This document shows, one piece after another, positions 57,036-64,000 of a DNA stretch of 64,000 nucleotides (within the stretch, counting starts at the first letter, position 1; every line of letters starts with the position of its first letter). This DNA is from Candidatus Sumerlaeaceae bacterium (GTDB lineage: Bacteria > Sumerlaeota > Sumerlaeia > Sumerlaeales > Sumerlaeaceae): contig JBPCLP010000021.1 in assembly GCA_051003195.1 (NCBI GenBank), positions 224,001 through 288,000 on the forward strand. The letters run 5' to 3'. The notes under the pieces are model-generated. The model was not told the origin of the DNA, made no database searches, and was given only the letters and a program-made list of their open reading frames with translations. Made by a program: the position numbers and the translations under genes.

Positions 57036-58862
57036 TTGATCTGGGTTTTGATGCTTGGGTTGTGGGCATTACAGGTGCGATGGCCTCAACTTGGTTATCC
57101 CGGCAGTGGGGTGGTGCAGTGCTGCACGCTGGCGGGACTCGTGATTATAGCCGCACTGCCGCGCAAGGGCGAACCGGGGAGCAATTCGGCGGCATGGCTG
57201 GGAGCTGCGTTCTTCATCTACCTCGTAGTGCGGTGGCTCGCGGCCGGAGCGCCTTCCGTTGGAAACGACGGGTTCGGCACGTTATCTCAGGCGACCGCGT
57301 GGGCGGCAGTGAGTTACTGGCTGCGGAGCTCTGCCGAGGGCGACCTGCGGCGACGAATGGATTTCGCATTGTTGCGAATCATTGCCCTGGTCGCGCTCGC
57401 CTGCGGAATTCATGCTTTTGCGCAGTATTTCTGGATCTACGATCGTGCTTACGCGGCGCTGCAGGAAAGCATTGGGACCGCTCAACCGACGCCATTGCAG
57501 GTGGGATTGCTGCACCACTTTCAACTAAGACGGGTTGCCTCGGTATGGGGTGATCCGAACATCCTGGCGGGATTTTGCGCGATGTCGCTGGCGGCGTCTG
57601 GAACCCTGGCGAGCGGATTGTTCTCCCGGGGCGACGGTGAGCCTGCAAAGCGCGTAAGGATCTTCGACGGTGTTCTCGGGATCTCCGCTATCGCTGCCGC
57701 GGCCGTCGCCATTATATTATCGGGATCACGCGGTGGCATGCTGGAAGCGGTGGTACTGATCGCGGTTGCGTTGATTTGGGTTGTTATGCGGAGGCGAAGT
57801 CCTCGTCACAATGCGGGCGTTGCCATTCTGTTTGTTTGCACGCTGCTTGTTACCACTCCTGGAGTCCCGCAGCCGCCTGAGTCGCACACTCAGTCCGCAT
57901 GGACCTGGCGGAGCAACACGATTGCCGAACGGGCGAATTATTTCCACGTGGGTGCAGCCATGTTTCAGGAATCACCGGTGTTTGGGCTGGGTGTTGGCAG
58001 CGTTGATCTGTACTTCGGACGATTTAAACCGCCACAGGCGAGGGAATCGAAATACCTGCACAATTGGGTGCTGCAGTTGCTTGCCGAGACTGGGCTCGTG
58101 GGATTCCTTCTTGGCAGCGCTTTCCTGGTTGCGCTGTTCTGGAATGGCGCACGAAGAAGCGAGCTTCGCAGTCCCGGGACACGGGCGGTGTGGATCATTG
58201 GTGCGTTGTTTGTCCTCGATGCGCTCGTGCAGCTATCGTTTAATCATCGGGAGATGATGGCGCTGTTCGGAATCTGTGCCGGTGTGCTGCTCGCGAATGG
58301 CTCACGGCCGAAGGCCGGGCGCTGGGTTGCTGAATTGCGATGGGGATTCGCCGGCGCACTGGTGCTCGCGATGGCAATATTCGTAATGCCGGCCTTGAAA
58401 GCGTTACATTATCGCCAGCAGGCCACCGACATGATTGAGCAAGGGCGCGCGGCTGAAACCGAGCATCTGCTTCGCACAGCACAAAACTGGGAACCGCGAA
58501 ACCCCGTAAACTATCTGCGGCTGGCGCAGTCGAAAGAGGCCGCAGGGCAGCTTAGTTCGGCGAGATTGCTGGTGGAGGAAGCGTTAAAGCGACAGCCTGA
58601 AAGCGCTGCTGCGCATGCGGCTCTCGCGACGGTGCAGCAGAAACTTGGCGAATGGAAAGCCGCCGAGTCTGAGCTTCAGGAAGCGTTGCAGAGATATCCC
58701 GCAAATGCGGCCTATAATGGACAGATGGCGCAACTGCTGGTGCAACGCGGGCGTAAAGCCGAAGCTTTGAAATACGCGCGCAAGGCGGCGGAGTTCAGCC
58801 CGGGTGTCGCCGGAGCAGAGCATTGGCCCGCTTTTTACGAAGCGCTGAAGAGCAGCAAATAG
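57036..58862 (+). CDS. O-antigen ligase (Wzy_C) family membrane protein with C-terminal TPRs
   Basis: Multiple TMs; 'WGDPNILAGF', 'SGSRGG', 'PVFGLGVG', 'HNWVLQLLAETGLVG'; TPR tail. Start uncertain. Confidence 0.88.
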   Translation: MIWVLMLGLWALQVRWPQLGYPGSGVVQCCTLAGLVIIAALPRKGEPGSNSAAWLGAAFFIYLVVRWLAAGAPSVGNDGFGTLSQATAWAAVSYWLRSSAEGDLRRRMDFALLRIIALVALACGIHAFAQYFWIYDRAYAALQESIGTAQPTPLQVGLLHHFQLRRVASVWGDPNILAGFCAMSLAASGTLASGLFSRGDGEPAKRVRIFDGVLGISAIAAAAVAIILSGSRGGMLEAVVLIAVALIWVVMRRRSPRHNAGVAILFVCTLLVTTPGVPQPPESHTQSAWTWRSNTIAERANYFHVGAAMFQESPVFGLGVGSVDLYFGRFKPPQARESKYLHNWVLQLLAETGLVGFLLGSAFLVALFWNGARRSELRSPGTRAVWIIGALFVLDALVQLSFNHREMMALFGICAGVLLANGSRPKAGRWVAELRWGFAGALVLAMAIFVMPALKALHYRQQATDMIEQGRAAETEHLLRTAQNWEPRNPVNYLRLAQSKEAAGQLSSARLLVEEALKRQPESAAAHAALATVQQKLGEWKAAESELQEALQRYPANAAYNGQMAQLLVQRGRKAEALKYARKAAEFSPGVAGAEHWPAFYEALKSSK

Positions 58863-58864
58863 CA

Positions 58865-59752
58865 ATGAGCACAGCCACTTTGACCATACGTTCGCCCGCC
58901 AAGTTGAACTGGTATCTTCATGTGCGTGAGGCACGGGAAGACGGGTTTCATGACCTTGAGACGGTTTTCCAGGAGTTGGATCTACACGATGACCTGGTCT
59001 TTGAATCTGTGGGCGGAACCGAGGACTGCGAGATTCACGGGTTTCCGCACGACATCCCGCACGAAAGCAATTTGATCTTTCGGGCCTGGAAATTACTCCG
59101 CGACAGCTATCCGGGGAGGGTCAGCGGTATTCGGGTGGAGGTCAACAAACGGATTCCGCGAGGTGGCGGGCTCGGCGGCGGAAGCAGCAATGCTGCAACG
59201 ACCCTGGTCGCTCTTGACGCTTTGTATCAGCTCAGCTTGCCGAGCCATGTGCTGGAATCGCTCGGGAGCGAGCTCGGGAGCGATGTGCCGTTTTTTATCC
59301 GCGGGGGAACCGCGATCGGGCGTGGCCGGGGCGAATTGCTGGAATCGCTGCCTGCCTCTCATCAATTCCACCTGCTCCTGCTGTTCCCGCCACACGGCAT
59401 CTCGACCAGTGAAGCTTACCAGAGGCTGGACGAGCTTGGCACAAGGAGGGAATCTGTTCATTCGATAGAGGGGATACAGCGCGCCCTGTTGATAGGAAAC
59501 CCGTATCGCCTGGCAGCGGCCATTCACAATGATTTTGAGCCTGCAGTTCAAAGCGAACCCTGGTTCCGCGACAGCGTTTCTGCTCTTGACCGGGTGGGTT
59601 GCCTGCGCGCGTTTCTGTGCGGCAGCGGTTCGACCGTTGCGGGTTTAGGGAAGGACAATCATCATTGTGTTGAAATGTCTGAACGTTTGTGCAATATACT
59701 TCCTTACACTCAAAGCGTGACCTGCACGCTGGCCGGTAGAAGAACATCGTAG
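58865..59752 (+). CDS. ispE: 4-diphosphocytidyl-2-C-methyl-D-erythritol kinase
   Basis: 'SPAKLN', 'DGFHDLET', 'KRIPRGGGLGGGSSNAA', 'LGSDVPFF', 'NDFE', 'CGSGST'. Confidence 0.96.
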   Translation: MSTATLTIRSPAKLNWYLHVREAREDGFHDLETVFQELDLHDDLVFESVGGTEDCEIHGFPHDIPHESNLIFRAWKLLRDSYPGRVSGIRVEVNKRIPRGGGLGGGSSNAATTLVALDALYQLSLPSHVLESLGSELGSDVPFFIRGGTAIGRGRGELLESLPASHQFHLLLLFPPHGISTSEAYQRLDELGTRRESVHSIEGIQRALLIGNPYRLAAAIHNDFEPAVQSEPWFRDSVSALDRVGCLRAFLCGSGSTVAGLGKDNHHCVEMSERLCNILPYTQSVTCTLAGRRTS

Positions 59753-59786
59753 TCCGGTAAGCAGTCGCGACTTCAGGGAGGACATC

Positions 59787-60107
59787 ATGAGTACGTTGGA
59801 TATTACCGGTATCACCATCCGGCCCTATACCGCCGGTGATGATAAACTGAAGGCATTTGCCTCGATCATCCTCAACAACGCGTTCATTATTAAAGACCTC
59901 AAAATCATCGAGGGAAATAACGGGCGTTTTGTGGCGATGCCGAGCAGGCGCGGAAAAGACGGGATCTTTCGCGACGTTGCGCACCCGTTGAACCAGGAAA
60001 CGCGGGAAGTAGTTGAGCGTGCGGTGCTGACTGCCTACGAACAGCAGAAGGCGGCAGGCTTCCCGGATGCTGCCTACGCCGACGATGAGCCCAGCTACCA
60101 ACGATAG
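59787..60107 (+). CDS. spoVG: SpoVG family nucleic-acid-binding protein
   Basis: 'KLKAFASI', 'KIIEG', 'FVAMPSRR', 'FRDVAHPLN'; GGAGG RBS; follows ispE. Confidence 0.95.
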   Translation: MSTLDITGITIRPYTAGDDKLKAFASIILNNAFIIKDLKIIEGNNGRFVAMPSRRGKDGIFRDVAHPLNQETREVVERAVLTAYEQQKAAGFPDAAYADDEPSYQR

Positions 60108-60130
60108 TCGGCGCCAGGCGGGCTATCGGG

Positions 60131-62230
60131 TTAATTGAATCGGTTCTTATCGCGCGGGTCAGATTTCGCCGGCACAAGCTGTGGTGCAAGATCAACCCCG
60201 GAGCCGCCGATGCCGCCATCGATGGCGAACGGTACACGCTGCTGCCGTACCACCTCGCGGCTTTGCTGTTGCGTGTTATAGTCTCGCTGTAGCTCCCGCG
60301 CGCGTGACAGCAACTGGTCGAGATTTAACGGTGGCAGTTTAGCCGTACGGAAGCTTTCCTCCCCCCCAATTTTGTAATCGAAAATTCCGACGCTGGGTGT
60401 TATCGTCATTCCTTCTTCCGCCAGCTCGCCGTTATTGCGGTTGCCGTCGACGTATTGCGGCGCAAGCCCCAGTTGAACCGCAACCGTTGGGTCTTTCTGC
60501 AGCATCTTGCGGACCAGGAGAATGGAATCGTCGGCTATATTCGGCGCGATCCTGGAAAGCTCTTTGCCAGCCGATTTCTGCACAACTTTCGAGTCGGGGA
60601 ATTTTTGCGCCAGGTCCAGGAGGAGGTTGCGCCGCTCCGTAAGCACCGCGGTCTTCATTGCCCGTTCGAAAAGCGAAATAGCCTGCTTTTCATGCAGCTT
60701 CGCCAGTTGTTCAGCAGTGGCCTGGCCGGTTTCCGCCAGGTATTCTTCGGAACGAATATAGTCGCGGGATTTTTTCGCCAGGTCGGAAAGTTCTGCCGCG
60801 ATTGCGCTGCTGCGCGAAGAATTCGGATATTTGCGAAGGTAACGTGCTCCGGCATCAATAACAGGATCCACGTCCACAGTCGAGCGGAACTGCTCGGTAA
60901 TTGCGCGCACCGCGACGTCTGCCCCGGCGAGCACTGGTACGCCGGACGCAGCCTGAGCGCCTTGCTGGATTGTGGCGCTGCCAACCTGGTAGGCGGTGTC
61001 TTCCGACGTGCGGTTGCCGGTCCAGTAATACTTGCGTCGTTGCGCGGCAAGATCCCTGAGTGCCTGCTCGAACTGATCATCCAGGTTATAAGCCGGGTTG
61101 GCGAGAGTTGCGGCCGCCGCCCGGGCGCCGGCAGTACCCGGCGCGTGCCGCTGGATCTCGGCGAGCTGCTGCAGCGCACGATCATGGCGTCCTTGCGATT
61201 CGGTCAGTGCGGCAATACCGACTGCTATGGAATCCCGCACATTGCTTGGGCTCGCCTGCGCCCGCGAGAGTGCGGCAGCATCAGCGCAGGCAAGCGCCCG
61301 GCAAGCTTGCGCCAGCATGCTGGCATCTTCATCTCCCATTTCCTGCTCCGCCCCACCCACCGACATCGCCACGCTTTGCGCATCTTCGGCGCCAATGCGC
61401 AACGCACGCGCGTTGCGCAGCAGTTCACTGGTTTCGCGGTCCTCCGGTGCAAGAATCGCAGCTTTCTCCAGGTGGAATTCTGCCGTGTCGTACTCCTGTT
61501 TTTTCAGGGCGAGCTTCCCAGTGGCCTTTCCGCGCACTGCACGATCTGCATTTAACTTTGTACGAAGTTCCGCCAGCAGCAGTTGCACTTCAGCCGACTC
61601 CGGTGCATCGGGGTATTTCCTGAGAAAGTTGGTGGCCAGGTAAACCATCTTGCGCTCACGGTCGGTTGCCGGTTTTGCCTGGCGGATGCTGTAAATGCCG
61701 TCCCAGATCAGTTGAACCGCTGCGCGTGGCTGCAACATGATGAGCTGACTCAGGCTGGTGGACGCCCGGTTGAAAACGCGCGTAAACTTATTAAACCGAT
61801 TTTGCCCTTCGACCTTATTTAACTCATAAAGTTCATCCGATAGCAGGGACATGAGGATGCGCGTGCGCAGTTCCTCGCTGCCGGCTTCCGCGGCTGCAAT
61901 CTCCTGGCCAGCAAGAAACTGTTCGCGGTCGGCAAGTGAACTGTTGAAGAGATACAGAATTGCATCACTGCTCCGAAGCGGGCGATTGTCCGCGCTGGCC
62001 TTTTCCCGCTCAATGGCCTGGTAGTACGTCAGCCGCAAGCGTTCGCGGTCACCCGCAAACATCGCCACGAGAGCTTCCTCCGCCAATGGATCGCTTTCCA
62101 CGGGCGCGACATATTGTTTGGGCTCATCCGGCTCGCGCGTTTTTTGCACAGCCGCAGAGTGGATGAATGCTGGATATGTTGCGACTCCGGCAGTTAGCAA
62201 ATAAAGGCATATGGATCGGCAGAAACTCAT
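60131..62230 (-). CDS. Exported helical/TPR-repeat hypothetical protein
   Basis: Signal peptide from ATG 62230; repeated 'FLRKYPDAP / YLRKYPNSS / LAQKFPDSK' TPR-type turns. Confidence 0.7.
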   Translation of the reverse strand: MSFCRSICLYLLTAGVATYPAFIHSAAVQKTREPDEPKQYVAPVESDPLAEEALVAMFAGDRERLRLTYYQAIEREKASADNRPLRSSDAILYLFNSSLADREQFLAGQEIAAAEAGSEELRTRILMSLLSDELYELNKVEGQNRFNKFTRVFNRASTSLSQLIMLQPRAAVQLIWDGIYSIRQAKPATDRERKMVYLATNFLRKYPDAPESAEVQLLLAELRTKLNADRAVRGKATGKLALKKQEYDTAEFHLEKAAILAPEDRETSELLRNARALRIGAEDAQSVAMSVGGAEQEMGDEDASMLAQACRALACADAAALSRAQASPSNVRDSIAVGIAALTESQGRHDRALQQLAEIQRHAPGTAGARAAAATLANPAYNLDDQFEQALRDLAAQRRKYYWTGNRTSEDTAYQVGSATIQQGAQAASGVPVLAGADVAVRAITEQFRSTVDVDPVIDAGARYLRKYPNSSRSSAIAAELSDLAKKSRDYIRSEEYLAETGQATAEQLAKLHEKQAISLFERAMKTAVLTERRNLLLDLAQKFPDSKVVQKSAGKELSRIAPNIADDSILLVRKMLQKDPTVAVQLGLAPQYVDGNRNNGELAEEGMTITPSVGIFDYKIGGEESFRTAKLPPLNLDQLLSRARELQRDYNTQQQSREVVRQQRVPFAIDGGIGGSGVDLAPQLVPAKSDPRDKNRFN

Positions 62231-62313
62231 ATTACGGCAACAGGCAGATTTTTCCGCCAGTCCAGCAAGTCGTGCAATAGAAGAATGCACCCACGGGCGG
62301 CAGGCGAACCGGT

Positions 62314-62976
62314 TCAAGCCATTTCAACGACTGCCTTCACCAGCTTCTCGATGCCGGTAAACACATCGGCCGGCCCTTTGTCGTACATATATGCGGGAGT
62401 CGTCACAATGCGGTTCTTCTTATCCACCACGAAGTCGCGGACGCTACACTCCTGGTGCTGGCCTCCGAGTGTTTCGAGATCCTTTGCCGTCGCTGTGTCA
62501 TTGCCGATCGTCAAAGTCGGGCAAACGGCGGTGCCTTTGAATGCTGCGGCAACTGCCATTGGCGAAATACAGATGGAGCCGATCACTTTTCCGGCCGCAT
62601 GGAATTCCCGCAGCACTCGGCCGACGTCCTCGGCCACTGTCGCATTGCAGCCCTCCCGCGCGTAGCTGCACAGGTTCTTTGCGGCTCCGTAGCCGCCCGG
62701 CATAATGAGGGCATCAAAATCGGCCGCTCGAATTCCATCGAGAGGCTTGATTTTGCCCCGGGCGATGCGTGCCGCTTCAACAAGGATATTCCTCTTTTCG
62801 CTGGTGGGTTTGCCGGTTGCGTGGTTGACCACTTCTGCCTGCTCGGCATCCGGCGCGCAGCACGTCACCTCGGCGCCTGCCTGGTCGAGTGCCAGAAGCG
62901 CAAAAGATGCTTCATGTATTTCCGAGCCATCCATTACACCGCATCCCGATAGCAATAGGGCCACGCGCTTTGCCAT
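62314..62976 (-). CDS. elbB: Glyoxalase ElbB (DJ-1/PfpI family)
   Basis: 'LLSGCGVMDGSEIHEA', 'RNILVEAARIARG', 'PGGYGAAKNL', 'ICISP', 'TTPAYM'; GGAGG RBS. Confidence 0.93.
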   Translation of the reverse strand: MAKRVALLLSGCGVMDGSEIHEASFALLALDQAGAEVTCCAPDAEQAEVVNHATGKPTSEKRNILVEAARIARGKIKPLDGIRAADFDALIMPGGYGAAKNLCSYAREGCNATVAEDVGRVLREFHAAGKVIGSICISPMAVAAAFKGTAVCPTLTIGNDTATAKDLETLGGQHQECSVRDFVVDKKNRIVTTPAYMYDKGPADVFTGIEKLVKAVVEMA

Positions 62977-63091
62977 GAAGTTCCTCCAGGAGTGATGTGG
63001 TAAAATGGCCAGGACGACAGCCAACGTCAAGTGACGGATCGATTTGCGAAGCACTTGCATACACCGGGTAGCTTATGTTGTAAGTGAATGC

Positions 63092-64000
63092 ATGGATTAT
63101 ATCGCGCAGGGTTCGGCAACAGAGGAACTGACGCACGAGCAGCTCGAGCTTCTGGTGGACGAGCTGCTTGTCCGGTTGGGTTCACTCAAACGTGTGCTCC
63201 TGATACCCCCCGATCATACCCGGTCGCATTCGTACGCGGGTGAGCTAACCTCGATGCTGTACCATCGACTGTCGAAAAACGCGGAGATTAAAATCCTGCC
63301 AGCGCTCGGCACGCACTCGCCGATGACGTCGGGGCAAATCGCCGCGATGTTTCAAGACATTCCGCTCGACAGGTTCCTTGTCCACAATTGGCGCACAGAC
63401 CTCCACAAACTAGGTGAGGTTCCGGCCGACTTTATCGACGGCATCACCGGTAAGCGTCTCCGTTATCCAATTCACTGCGAGATCAATCGTACGCTGCTGG
63501 AAGGTAAGTGGGACCGAATTATCTCCATTGGGCAGGTGGTTCCCCACGAGGTAGTGGGCATGGCAAACCACAGTAAGAATGTTTTCGTGGGTACCGGCGG
63601 AAGCGACACCATTCATAAGACGCATTACGTTGGCGCGGTATGCGGCATGGAGAACGTCATGGGCCGGGCCCAGTCTCCAGTTCGCGAAATCTTGAACTAC
63701 ATGAGCACATACTTTGGCGCGTCGCTGCCCCTGGTTTATCTGCTGACGGTTCGAGGTCACAATAGTCACGGAGCCCTGGTCACCCGGGGCGTTTTTGCGG
63801 GGGACGATGAAACCTGCTTCGCAAAAGCAGCGCAACTGTCCCAGGAGGTGAACCTCGACTTGCTGGATGAGCCGCTCCAGAAGGTAGTGGTGTACCTTGC
63901 GCCTGATGAATTCAAGTCTACGTGGCTCGGAAATAAAGCAATATACCGGACGCGTATGGCCATGGCCAACGATGGAGAGTTGATGATTATCGCACCGGGT
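63092..64000 (+). CDS. Lactate racemase (LarA/DUF2088) family protein, 3'-truncated; absent from the ORF track
   Basis: Manual translation: MDYIAQGS...'KRVLLIPPDHTRSHS'...'PALGTH'...'HNWR'...'GQVVPHEVVGMANHSKN'...'STWLGNKAIYRTRMA'. Confidence 0.88.
   Translation, partial: MDYIAQGSATEELTHEQLELLVDELLVRLGSLKRVLLIPPDHTRSHSYAGELTSMLYHRLSKNAEIKILPALGTHSPMTSGQIAAMFQDIPLDRFLVHNWRTDLHKLGEVPADFIDGITGKRLRYPIHCEINRTLLEGKWDRIISIGQVVPHEVVGMANHSKNVFVGTGGSDTIHKTHYVGAVCGMENVMGRAQSPVREILNYMSTYFGASLPLVYLLTVRGHNSHGALVTRGVFAGDDETCFAKAAQLSQEVNLDLLDEPLQKVVVYLAPDEFKSTWLGNKAIYRTRMAMANDGELMIIAPG

Noticed and set aside
56997..57038. Stop-codon readthrough fusing the methyltransferase to the ligase (same frame, 12 codons apart)
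   Set aside because: The stop is TAA, both products look complete, and sharing a frame is a one-in-three chance.
59787..60107. spoVG as evidence of sporulation
   Set aside because: SpoVG occurs in many non-sporulating bacteria, often next to ispE.

Overview
64 kb of chromosome from a GC-rich diderm bacterium (lptF/G- and lptD-like genes present). The pilin-like family 'FTLIELLIVVAIIAILAAIAVPNFLEAQxRSKVSR...YDxTNGT' and a C-terminal 'VxDWxxY' tail suggest Candidatus Sumerlaeota (BRC1); this is recalled family knowledge, not a database result. Housekeeping genes (dnaK, rnc, ispE, spoVG, NAD-type IDH, AddA-like helicase, elbB, partial LarA-like gene) are mixed with exported glycan-active enzymes (GH172, malectin-GH116, GHL10, phosphodiester glycosidase, GH109) and envelope genes. 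The main signal is a dispersed type IV filament system with ten class III signal-peptide proteins. These are a GspH/I/J-like trio, one orphan pilin flanked by REP-like repeats, a tandem array of five divergent GspG-like proteins behind a sigma70 promoter, and a 769-aa GspK/PilX-like protein with a lamin-tail-like insert. A stand-alone PilT and an O-antigen-ligase/oligosaccharyltransferase-like gene also lie in the window. Other oddities: a 269-bp nested inverted-repeat element whose end recurs 45 kb away, a Wzz-like protein between two paralogous TM-TPR-CBM proteins, an AddA with an apparently dead nuclease domain, and an MNT-antitoxin remnant in frame with the GH172 gene. No rRNA, tRNA, CRISPR array or transposase was recognised.
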